Assembly (NCBI GenBank): GCA_044892505.1
Contig: CM097884.1
Coordinates: forward strand, 86,056,001 to 86,120,000
DNA from: Schmidtea nova
Taxonomy: Eukaryota
Reading direction: 5' to 3'
DNA: 64,000 nt
Positions within the stretch are counted from its first letter, which is position 1. Every line of letters begins with the position of its first letter. The notes below the pieces were generated by a model. The model worked only from the letters and a program-made list of their open reading frames with translations. It ran no database searches and was not told the DNA's origin. A program made the translations under genes and the position numbers. Shown here piece after piece: positions 10,954 through 22,979 of this stretch.

Positions 10954-12348
10954 TGTTGGGTGGTATGGGTGTTGCTACAAAAATTATTACCAACTTCTAG
11001 GAGTTAATACAACCCACACCGCAACATAAATATTACTCCGTCACACACGTGTACCAATAGTTATTCCCAGTGGCGTAACTTCATATTTTGGGCCCCCCTG
11101 CGAACTTATTCCCCAAATAACTATGTTGATACTGTACACGGTGGTGAGAATCTAGTGAGCAGGTGAGCTCCGTTGCCGAAACTACTCCTCACTAAATTCT
11201 CTCTTTCGGGTTCTTGCTGCCCATAGAAGGTCTTACGCATCTGCTTTCCTTTCGGTCCTACCGCATAATTACATCTCAATTATCCATTACTTTCCGCTAT
11301 CAACAATCTACCTTTATTCATTCTCAACTAATTAACCAAAACGATGAATACTCATTGCAATCCCATTTTCTTCCGTCCAAATTTGGTTCAAGTACGCTGC
11401 ATCGCCTAACCCTCCGAAGAGAGTTAGGGCGAGAGGCCATATACCAGCCATCGGGTCACGAGATTATCAGGACGTGCCCTTATCGATTTTACCACGGCTG
11501 TTATGAGGGTTTACCCGCAATTAACCATAAAATGTATGATTCAAAATATTTATTGACTACCATTCACATGACATGATTAAATACGATGTACATTACAACT
11601 ATCATACACCAAGCAAACTAACTCACCTACACGACTGGCTGGCGAAATTGAAATTAATATTTGTGCTAGCTCCAAACTAATTGAATTGAATTCAACTAAT
11701 TTTTTGCTTCTATTTATACTAAATAGACTGACACTCATGCATTTACCATTATATTATGATTGCAACTCAATTTATTTGTTTCAATTAACGATTATTTATT
11801 TAATTTTTTGTAAATTTTATTTTATAATTTTTTATTTTTAAAATATTTGTCTTTAATTCCGTTAAATGATGTGTGTGTCCATTGTTTTTGTACATTTATT
11901 GATTGATTAAAACAATCAAATTTAATTTAGTTCTATTTTTGTTTCTACCTCTGTTATTTTCCCGATATATCAATGGGGATTTTTCCTATACTTTTTAATA
12001 AATTATTTTCTTTATTCTGATATCAATTTTATTCTTTGATCATGCTTTGCTTTATCTTTATACAAGCAATGATCTTCCCCATTAAATTCTCGTGTGGTTC
12101 TTCGTGTGTAAATGTGACCTGCACTCAAATTTTATGTTCTCTTTTGAGATGTCTCTTTTCTATCGTTTAAGCCCTATCTCGACCGACTTGTCGAATGCGG
12201 TTCGTATGATTACCATTGTACTTTACTGTTTTATATTCTTTTGCTTTAGTTTACTACGTAATGCTTTATCGTGTGTTTTTAAACTTGTTCCTTTTTAATT
12301 TTTGATGAATTTAAACAAAGTTTTATTTACGATTTCGCCAGCCCAACA
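10954..12348 (-). mobile_element. Solo-LTR-like element, copy A (short, no long ORF on the sense strand)
   Basis: Ends TGTTGGG..CCCAACA; 4-bp TSD TTAT; shares the TATA (11711-11718), the conserved RNA motif (11157-11238) and the terminal hairpin with copies B-D. Confidence 0.8.
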
Positions 12349-13719
12349 TTATTAATAAAGAAAACTTTACTGAAAATTTGGCAATGAGAAAAAAGGCTAA
12401 TGAGTGTCTAAGAATTTATTCAATCATTTCAAAATTATTGGGGTTATGTCAATCAGTTCAAACAAACTTTAAAGTTAAAAAGATTCGAATACTAAGCTAA
12501 TTTAAGTTAAAAATTTAAATAAATTCCGGAAGACAAATTTAAGTGTAAAAAGAAATTTAAAAAGTCAAAAAATAAATTTATTCTTGAGAAGAAATTGAAT
12601 ATGCGAGGAGCTAGATCACATTGTTACAATTTTAGTTGTTTCAGAGCACTCAGCAATTACAAATAATGTTTATAATTTTAATTTTCAGTTCCAAATCAGA
12701 TTCGTTATAGAATAGTTTTGAGGAAGTTATCCTTAAAATTTATACCCTCGCCCAAAACTTTATTTTCAAGTAATTTAAGACCACATTCCTGGCTTTTTCT
12801 CATCAAAAACAGACTGTCGGCTACGATGGAAATCTCAAATCTAGTTATACATTATTTCTCGAGATGAACAGTTATTTTTGTAGGTGTCCTTGATTATCTG
12901 TGTCTCAGCGCAAGAAATTTGATAACACTTATGTCCTCTATACTCAATGTAATGCTGTGTAAATACATAGAAATTCCAACTGTCACACTTACAACTTAAA
13001 GAGACAAACATGCTAATGTCAGAATAAATGTCACTAATAATTTATTGTAACTATGTAAATTTTGCCATCAATCTATTTATAATCGAATTTAAAGACTTAA
13101 CGCACCTAGTTTACTGTTGAATTTGCTATTTTCTTTCATATAAGATAACATCGGTCTAAAACTACTCTCCATCATTGAAAATAAGACATTACCACTACAA
13201 TACATGTTTGGCAAATATTTGAAAATGTTCAAATTTTCTTAAAAATTTTCTTTTTCTATTTTTTTAAATTTAAAGTAATGCCTAATGAACTATTTAGAAT
13301 CATAAGAAAGTTAAATAATTTACCTCATTTCTTAAAAATATTGAAAAGTTTCTTTATTTTCTAAAAATTTCAATTTAAATAAATAAACATTATTTTTAAA
13401 ATCTTTCTTACTTTATGGACTTTTATTTCTTTTTTTAGATTTTTCAATTTTTATTTAATATTTAACACGAATAATTTAAGGTCCATTGTTTTAATGTACG
13501 TTTTTGTGTAAATAATAATTTTTTAAAAATTAAATTATTTTAATTATTATTCTTACTACAGTGAAAATCATTGTAATAAGTACCGAAAACCTCTAAATTG
13601 GTTAAAAAATTGTGCAGATATAATAAATAAAATGGTTGAGAATACCTAAATACTAAAATTAAATAATATCATAAATAAATAAAATTATTGAGGGAAAATT
13701 GATAGAGTAAATAGTGAAA

Positions 13720-14469
13720 TGTTCTGTAATTTGGAGAAGAAGGAATGAGAGTAAAATATTAAAAATATAAGAAGATAATGAAAAGCTTAAAGAAATCGAA
13801 CAATAAAGTAAAAAGTCATTGATAATTAACAAGTACACAAAGGAAAAAAAATTTCAAAATTGAAAACAAAAACAATTGGAAAATTCATATCTTGACAGCG
13901 TGTCAGAGATAACAAAAGTGCAGAAAAAATCTAAACAACAAAAAGCAAAAAATGGTATATCTCGATAACTGTCATAGATAATACAGAAGCTATGATGAAA
14001 ATATGCAGTATGCTAGAGGCAAAGAGAATGTAGAACAAAAATAATCTCAAGTACCAGAGAATGTCAAATGATAAAAGAAAGAAACCACAGCAAATTTGAA
14101 AAAAAAATTAATTAAACGTAGCAAAAAAGAATTAATCGAGCAAGAAAATAGTCAAAGCCTATCGAATACATTACCGAGTCAAAGCAAGAGAAAAACCAAA
14201 TCAATTAATGAATCGTTGAATCCAAGTCAGTAATGAGTAATCGCTAAATGTAGGTATTATATGCTAGTGATATTCTTCATGAAGTGTCGTAATAAGCACC
14301 TGTGTGATATTGAATCGGTCTTGTCATTGTAATCTGTGTAGCCATTTGAGATAATCAATAGAGGTTTATATTGTTTGAAAATCGTTATTTTGTATGTCGA
14401 ATAAAGCACACACGGAGTCACATAATTAACAAGTAAATTAATATTTCACCAACAACCAATAACCCAACA
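13720..14469 (+). mobile_element. Degenerate short LTR-like element (family of 18289-19034, opposite orientation)
   Basis: Ends CAACAACCAATAACCCAACA, the reverse complement of the 18289 terminus; shared GATAACTGTCA/AGATAA..GAAGCTAT motif; left boundary uncertain. Confidence 0.4.
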
Positions 14470-15635
14470 AAATGGAGACTAGATTATAATTATACTGACT
14501 TTATAATACTTTCAAAGATGGCTTACATATTATGATTACCATAGGTCACACTTTTACTTATTCGGAAATACTGACAATCAAGTTTATGGAAGTTGAAATT
14601 AGAGAAGAAAAAAGATTCCTTGGAATGAATGCAAATTTTGAAAAATAAAAAAAGTTAAACATTGCTTTACAAAATTAGTAAAATAATGAAAAGAAGGAGT
14701 TATCAATTTCTCCATTAATTTATCTTTTAGCTTTAAAATTTTATAAATTCTGCAATTTTATTATTTGGTTGATCCAACTGTATTATCCTACTTTTGATCG
14801 AATCACTAATATAACTGTTTTTCCTCATTTGGTTTTTTTGTTTAAAACAAATAACGCAAATTATATTATTTTTTGAATTCGATTTAATTTTACCATTTTT
14901 TATTTTAAGATTAGATTATTTTTATTTTTCATTTTTTATTAATCTGATCTGATTGGAGGCTTTGAATCGTAAACAAATATTTATATAAAATTTTCATTTT
15001 CATTTTCTTACTTTTAAACTTGATATGTATTTCAGTACACAAAATATAAAAATTAATTAATTGGGTTAATTTAAATTAATTAAAATCTTTAAAGATTTAA
15101 TAAATTATTGCTGTGATGAAAGTTACTAATTAATGTTAATTGATGAATTTCTTTTTATTTCTGACTTAATTGAAAGAAATGTCAAGTACAGATATGTTTC
15201 ACTAATATATTGTTGGGTTTATGTTTAAGTCGGTATAAATTTCTTACTCCTCATGCTCCTTTTATAAAATCGATTCAAATCAACCAACACAATATTTTTT
15301 ATTTAGATTCACCACAAAATTACAATTGTCAATAACACTTTTTAAAATACATTTTGTACTTCTCTATCGATAGGGGTAAGGATTCTAACGGGACATTCCC
15401 ATTTTTGGTAAGCGGTAATTGATTTGATGTGAGTAAAATCTTTATCTGATACACTACTAACCTTTTGGTTAACTCAAAAATCTTTTTCGACCAACTTGCC
15501 GCAATAGTGAATTTGCTTCCTATTTTTATATTACTTTTCTAATTGTATAAATTTTCCTAATCTGATTGGTAAAACTTAAAACATAAAATGAATAAAGAAA
15601 CGTTAATGAAATTCCTTTTATTTCATACATTAAAC

Positions 15636-16036
15636 CAGTGTTGTCCAAAATGTGTGCCGCGGCACACTGGTGTGCCGTGGCGGGTGCCCAGGTGTGCAGT
15701 GAAATTTTTTTAAAAAAAGTCAAAAAAACCCTGTTTTTCCAAACAACTTAATAAAAGGAAATTGAATTGTGGATATTTTAACAGTTATTTCAAATTTAAA
15801 TGATAATGATTGTCATAGTTATTATGTTTTATGAATTTTTCATTCACTAATTTTTCTAAATTAAAAATTTTTTACATTAAATTTATTTCAAGTAAATAAG
15901 TTTTTCATTTCTTATTAAAAGATTAGTAAAAGTGCAATAAAAAATTGCAAATAAAGCAAAAAAAAATTTAGGTGCACCTCGAAATTATTTTATTCAGCCA
16001 AGTGTGCCGTGGCTCAAAAAAGTTTGGATAACACTG
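15636..16036. mobile_element. hAT MITE
   Basis: TIR CAGTGTTGTCCAAA/TTTGGATAACACTG; perfect 8-bp TSD CATTAAAC. Confidence 0.9.
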
Positions 16037-16049
16037 CATTAAACAATAA

Positions 16050-17450
16050 GAAGATGAAAGGTCAATAAAGAGATTAAAGTCTTTAGAAGAATAAGAAATA
16101 TAATGTAAAAGATCAAGAAAATTAAAGAAGAACATGATGAAAATAACAAATTAATCGGCCTAATGTCCAAGAAGTCACTTACAGAGACTGGTAAATACAA
16201 AAATAATGAAAATCCGGAATGGAACAAAAATAATCAGTCAAAGGGAAAACCAAGTTAGGAAAACAAAAAAAATAATAATAACCGAAATTTTCAGAGTAGA
16301 TCATTCAATATTTTAGAAACCCGAGAAATAGAAGATAATATCAAAACGGAAGACAAAATAATCGGGAATCCAATTAAGATCAAAGAGAACAAATTCAAAA
16401 GATGAAAAATATAAACGAGATTCAAAGATATTTATATGCTGGAGATGCAAAGAAATTCATCATTGCAGACGTGAATGCCCAAACGTCCAATTGGAATAAT
16501 TGTCATAAACAGGATCACTTCAAATATTAATGCTATGAGTTGAGCTTTAAGTATTCAACAGATAAGTAGCCGGGATCAATGAGGAATGCATTTATGAAGA
16601 TTATGGAGATTAGAAAAAGCACCAAAATGCCACAGCTTTTGTGGTTAAGGAGGATACAAAAACCACATATAGTATATAGTATAGCGTATATAGTATTCTC
16701 ACTGAAGATTGTATAAATGAATTATATAAATTTTATGAAAGGATTGTATGAATAGATAATTTTCTTTATTAATACAAGTACAGTCAACCACGTTCAATAT
16801 GAACACTAGCGTTCCAATCTTTTCAAATGTTCATATTAATAAAATAATATGAACAGTTATTAACATAACAATATCAAAGATTTCACAAAAAATGTATTTA
16901 TTACACCTATTTATGACAATTTTTATTTCTTTGACGCATAATAAAGTCTGTGATTTTCAATTGTTATATATAAATAATTTTTCCACTTTAACTAGATCGC
17001 TCTTTTTATTTAACAAACTTAAGCATTCCATTTTTATCCAATATTTTAATTATTTAATATACAGTCAACCATGTTTAATAAGAGCCCTAGTGACTAAGCG
17101 AAGCGGATGCTATTACAACATATGACGCAATAGGAATCAAGCCAAGTGTTATAGTTACTATTAATGATGATGGAGATAAGATTAGTGTTTTGATCGTTGT
17201 CTAATTGATAAAAATTAGTTCAATCAAATGAAATCGAGTAACATGAAAGTAAAATGTGTTAATGACTGCCCTCTCAATATAGTCGGAACTATAACATTAA
17301 ACTTTTAAATTCATGGAATGACTGAAAATAAAGATATTCGGTTTCACATTTATGAAGATTATTATTGGAATGAAACTATTAAAAAATTTGGTATTCTTTC
17401 GATAATCTATGAAGTTAAAGAAGCAAACGTTATGGTTCAGATACAAATAC
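16050..17450 (+). pseudogene. Degenerate Ty3/Gypsy gag-protease region
   Basis: Zinc knuckle CWRCKEIHHCRREC at ~16437-16480, a partial second knuckle, and a retropepsin-like KVKCVNDCPLNIVGTITL at ~17240-17300. Confidence 0.55.
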
Positions 17451-18288
17451 CAGATCATATATATGGCATTAAGTGATCAATGTTATAAGTAAGTGTCACT
17501 CTACATGCAACGAGTATGATGGAAAGATTGAGAAAAGCGAAAGATGAAGGAAAAAAGAAAACTCATCTTTTCTACTATCAGATACTTTAAAATGCCTTCC
17601 TTTAAAAAATTGGATCATTGAACTAATGTTGAAGGATTCACATAAAGAAACTTTTTTTTTAATATTTGTTATTTATTTTTAAAATAATATATATATATAT
17701 GCGTGTGTGTGTGCGCAATTTTTATTTAAAATTAGAATTGACCACCCAAACCTTCAAAAAGACATCACATAAAGCTTTTATACCAAACCCAATATGCGAA
17801 TCATAATTTATGACAGGGGGTCGGTGAGTAAAAATAGTTCAGGAAAATTCAAAAGTTAAAACTATAAAATCATCCAAAATTTAAAAATACTTGCACAAAG
17901 ACTAATTAAATTGATTTTGTCCGAATGAAAAATAAAATTCATCAAATAAATGCTGCTATATGCCCCAACAATCATTTAAGTTTTTCGTACAATTTTGGGA
18001 AAGTCAATCTCTTTCTCATGGTCGGAACTTCAGAGTCCTCACACGAAGTGATAAATTAAATATAATTTAAAGAAGGGATTTATCAGAGTTATCAAAGATT
18101 GATGCTTTTTGAAAAAAAAATTAAAAAAGGAAAGTATGCTCTAAGAGTATCATATCAAGAAAAATGTTATTATATATTTGCAGTCACAATTTAAGGGTGA
18201 GTCAGATGAAGATCAGAGAAAATTGGAAGAAAATAGGAGAAATCAAACAAGAGTTATATCAGTATTAGCAAAAGATATGTGTTAAATA

Positions 18289-19034
18289 TGTTGGGTTATT
18301 GGGTTGTTTGTAAAATGTAAAAGTTACCAATCAAATTTCTGAGTCTAAAGCGTACTTAATTTGATCTTAAAATAACAATTATCAGACAATATAAACTTTT
18401 ATTAATTATCACAGTTAGTTACACGAATTATAATAACACGATCGATTCAACACTCAAGTAAACAATTATACGGAGCTTATTACAACACTTCGTGAGGAAT
18501 AGCTCCAATCGTATAATAAGCAAATACTCTAACAACAACTAGCCGCTGATTGATTGCTTTCCATTGTCCTTGTGCTTTGACTTGACTTTATCAACTATAA
18601 TTTGACTCTTATTCAACACAAATTTTTTTACGTCGGTAAAATTAATTTATCTACTTCTCGATTCTCGACAATATCACACAATTATACAATTTCAATCCAA
18701 TGTCTAACAACACTTTTCTTCTCCATTTTAACTACCACTTTTCTTCTCCAACTTTGTTTCTGATTTAGTTAAGATGGCTTTCGCTTTTTATAGTTTGACA
18801 TCGTCCGGCACTCATGGCACTTCGCATTTCCCACTCCTGCCTCTGGCATTTTACATTGTCCTTTTACAACACCTATGTTGCCCCTGATAGCTCAGCACTC
18901 AGGTTAACTTTTTTCCATTTCTGCTTCTAGAATTTCCGATACTTTTTTATAGCTCCCACATTATCTTTGACAGCTCGGCACTCTGGCTAATTTGTTTTTC
19001 CATCTGTTTTTTTGCCGAGAATGAACTCCTAACA
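18289..19034 (-). mobile_element. Short LTR-like element (746 bp)
   Basis: TGTTGGG..CCTAACA ends, minus-strand TATAAAAA; no matching TSD (AATA vs AGAG). Confidence 0.55.
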
Positions 19035-19150
19035 AGAGATATTTATGCCTATTGGTTTGTATGAAAACAAGAGCAGTTCATATGGAGATGGCTTATAGAC
19101 TGGACACATGCGTTTATCAAAGAATTCTTACTACACGGAATGCCAAAGTT
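19034..19150 (+). pseudogene. BEL/Pao integrase fragment
   Basis: KRYLCLLVCMKTRAVHMEMAYRLDT, matching the Pao consensus RYxxLFTCLxTRAVHLE. Confidence 0.7.
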
Positions 19151-20599
19151 GCCATGTACGTTGTCTTAATAATATTTTGTGATAAATTAATTTTAAGTTG
19201 AAATTGAATTATTGATAGACTTTTAAAATAAGAGAAAAATAATAACGCTAATGCATATGTTGTTTGTCTAAGAAAAATTCTACACTATGTATATACAGTC
19301 AATTTCATTTGTTTAACCTAAACTTTTTAAATGAGACAAATAAAAATAGAACTATATTTAGTTAGAATAATCAAATTAATAAGCATGAAAAGATTTTTGT
19401 CAAAAATAATTAAAGAAGCAGGAAAATAAATTAACACGTTTGCTAACTCGATCTAAGTTATATTACTGGATTTGTTATACGTATGTCTTGCGCTTTTGCG
19501 AAAGGGGTAAAATGGTGAATATTTATGCTACATGTATGAAAAAGATATAAAATAAAGAGGGATTCGGATAAGAAAAACACCTGTAATTTGAAATCGAAGA
19601 CTACTTATACATATAATTTATTTAAATATTTATTAAAAAATTATTATTAGTATTATTATTATTATAATTTTTATTTATTATTATAATTTTTTTTTAATTG
19701 TTATTTTATTTTTATTTTGTCATCAGCATTTTAAATAGAATTAATATTTTTAATATTTTTAGAATTTTAGAATTAGAATTTTTTTAATTTTAGAATTAAT
19801 ATTTTTTTAGAAAACTAGTTCATTTAGCATGTGATCAAGAAATAGAAATCAGATTTTATTCCTGTGACACTATCAATAAAAATTACACTATAAATCATGT
19901 CGGCAAATCTATCCAAAACATTTAATTAAATAATAATTAAATCAATTGTTTAATTAAAACTCTTTTTTTCAATTTATACCCTCATTTATTGACAATTACT
20001 TTATTAGATATGATTTATAAATTTGACGTTTTTATTTTCTACTATGCTCTTCCTTGATTAACTATTTGTAGTTTAATATCCTTTCTGTGGATCGCTATGT
20101 GATGTATTCTGTTACTATTGAATTTGTAATAAATAAAGGGCAAATTTTGCTTTGTTTTTATTTGTTTGTCGAAATTTTGTATTTACTTTGAACGTAGTCA
20201 GAAAATTAAATTTGTTTGAGAAATATTAAAAATATTATTAAACACTATTTAAAAATATATTTCTTAACAATATATCTAATTAAACAATTAAATAAAAATG
20301 GCAATTTATCCAAATAAATAAAAGAACACCATTTTTTAAAATTTTGTAATGCAAATATTATGACAGCTCAGCTGTCATCATCAAGCTTTAAACAAATTCA
20401 GTAAAATAAAAATTTATCTTATTTATACGCTTATTAGTGATTACATAATCACATGTGCAAATCCATTAAGTTTTTTATTTAACCCTAATAAAATTAATTA
20501 AAAACTCTCAAAATGCATGTAGTTATTGCATTTTGTATGTTTATTTTAGAATTAAATGATTTTATCATGAAAGCCTCACAATTCACACGTTCGTAATAA

Positions 20600-21540
20600 G
20601 TTTTTTAAACATCAGTCGTATCTGGATTGTTATAATAATAATTCAATAGTTTCTGTTGATCAGTCAAGAATAGTTAGTAAAGATCACCAACTCTTTACTT
20701 ATAAATCTTTTAAAATTGCTTTGACTAACCTCGATGTAAAATGACTTTAGATTTCTAAAAAAGAGAGTCTTGCTTATGGACATTATAGAGGAATCGATGT
20801 GGTTATGGCGGTGCGCGATGATGAAGCCAATGAAGCCGATGTTGAATTTGCTGATAAATAACATGGATTGACTCAAGTAGTTTATAATGATTATGTAATG
20901 ATTACGTACTATATACAATATTACATAATGCAGCATAGGTCTTAGTGTAGTGAGTTAAACTGCATAATTATTACGTATTATAAATGGATAAATGGATTGT
21001 GTCAGGCGGTTCACCTCTCCCTGCTACTTTTAGTGTTTCGAAATTTTCTATTGTCGCTGGTTAGTCTCATCTATTCTATACTATTCTGCAATGCCTAATT
21101 TTCTTATTGTCTCTAATTTGAATTCTGCCTAGTTCAGTTTAATTCATATTTGTCCATTTCTAATTATGTCTCTGTTTTTTGTATATTTTTCTTTTTAGCC
21201 TATTAATCGCAAACACTTATAGATAATTTCTCTGTTTTTGATTTCTGATTCCAGCTTATTCACTTGTTCATCCACAATTTCTCTATTATCTCAGACAGTT
21301 CTTGAGATACACAATTTTATTTGACTGCCTCTTTTTACTATTTCAACTTCCCTTGTTATACATTCGTTATCTTAGACAAACGGCCGAGATATGTAAATTC
21401 TGTCCTGACTTTGTTTTTGAATTCTTTTTTCCAATTTGTACTAGCTAACTACTCATGTCCTTTTTTGTTTTATTGTTGACTTGCTATTTTTTCTCTTTTT
21501 ATCAATTACTTCTCCTCACTCTTGCTATTAAGAATTTTGG
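20600..21540 (-). mobile_element. Degenerate member of the short LTR-like family
   Basis: Shares TTATCTxxGACAG motifs with 18289-19034; ends unclear. Confidence 0.3.
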
Positions 21541-21549
21541 AACTACATA

Positions 21550-22848
21550 CGTGGTGCGTTCAATAAGTACCCGACCAAAGGTAAAAAAATGTAATGACAA
21601 ATTTTAGTTTTTTTGTGTAAATAAATAAATAAATATAGGTTTTGATTTCAGTTATTGTTTTATTTTATCAAACGCATTAAAATTTTTATTGTGACATTTT
21701 GATTTTTCGTCGGTGTAATGATTTCAGACGTTGAGTATCGCAGCGTTATCAAGTTCTTTGTGTTGCAGAAGAAGACGTGCAGTGAAATCTACGATCTTTT
21801 GCAGTCAACTTACCTACATGACTCCCCATCTCTGACAATTGTTAAATATTGGGTCAGAGAGTTTAAAGGTGGTCGCACCTCTGTTTTTGATCAAGAAAAA
21901 TCAGGTCGGCCACAAGAAATCTTTGACACAGTTGATGAAAAATTGGAGAAGATTGTCCAAGAAGAGCGTCGAATCACCATGAAAATGCTGTCAACGAAGC
22001 TCAACATCAGTGTTGGTACAGCCCACGCCAAATTGAAATACATGGGTATCAGAAAACTGTGCTCCAGATTCGTACCCCGCTTCTTGACTGGTGAAATGAT
22101 GCGAAACCGCTTGGAGGGCAGTCAGAACAACTTGAACCTGTGGGACCAGCATGGTGAGACTTTCCTGGCAAATTTAATAACGGAGGATGAAACCCCACTC
22201 AGTATGTATTTGCCGGAAACAAAGCGTGAGTCAGCAGAGTGGAAACTGCCTGGAGAGAAGCCATTTTTGAAGATGCGAACGGAGACAAGTCATGGGCGAG
22301 CGATGATGCTTTCCATTTTCTGGGATCATAAAGGTGTTATTCTCATTGATTTCGCGGATAAAGGCATCACCATCAACGCTGCCTATTACAGCCAACTCGT
22401 GTCAACCGCCAGAAAGAATAGACGGAAGCAGAAGAATACGCCACTATGGTTTCTCCACGACAAAGCGCCAGTGCACACAGTGGGCGTTTCTCGGGCCACA
22501 ATTGAAGGTGCTGGATTAGTGCTTGTGGATCATCAGCCGTACAGCCCAGATTTGGCACCAAGCGATTTTTACCTCTTTAGACACCTAAAGAAGCATTTGA
22601 GAGGCACCCAGTTTGGATCCAAAGACGATTTGAAGGATGCCATGGAGGATTTCTTCAATGCATGTCCCCGAGATTTCTTCAAAAATGCGTTTTCTGAGTT
22701 GATTATTCGTTGGCGGAAGTGTGTGGAGCGAAATGGACATTATGTTGAAAAATGATGCCTACATACGTTAAGCTTGTTGTGTTATAAAAATGGCCCATTT
22801 TGGAATTCGTTTTCTTCGTCAGGTCGGGTACTTATTGAACACACTACG
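21550..22848 (+). mobile_element. Full-length mariner DNA transposon (1299 bp)
   Basis: 27-bp TIRs CGTGGTGCGTTCAATAAGTACCCGACC (2 mismatches) and TA TSDs. Confidence 0.97.
21718..22755 (+). CDS. Mariner transposase (DD34D), 345 aa, uninterrupted
   Basis: HTH N-terminus, FVPRFL (WVPHEL-like), TEDET, HDKA, HQPYSPDLAPSDF with 34 residues between the second and third catalytic Asp. Confidence 0.95.
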   Translation: MISDVEYRSVIKFFVLQKKTCSEIYDLLQSTYLHDSPSLTIVKYWVREFKGGRTSVFDQEKSGRPQEIFDTVDEKLEKIVQEERRITMKMLSTKLNISVGTAHAKLKYMGIRKLCSRFVPRFLTGEMMRNRLEGSQNNLNLWDQHGETFLANLITEDETPLSMYLPETKRESAEWKLPGEKPFLKMRTETSHGRAMMLSIFWDHKGVILIDFADKGITINAAYYSQLVSTARKNRRKQKNTPLWFLHDKAPVHTVGVSRATIEGAGLVLVDHQPYSPDLAPSDFYLFRHLKKHLRGTQFGSKDDLKDAMEDFFNACPRDFFKNAFSELIIRWRKCVERNGHYVEK

Positions 22849-22979
22849 TACATTTTATTTTATTAATTTTCTTCAAAGGTTTTATGCATCTAATTATTAT
22901 TTAAGTTTATTAGTTAGGTATTTATAACAATACTCTTGCAAACACTAAACAATTCATTGAAAACATTTTAATTATTTAC

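Noticed and set aside
11214-11576. 120-aa plus-strand ORF in LTR copy A
   Set aside because: Antisense to the LTR promoter, non-ATG start in the sequence, and not conserved in copies B-D.
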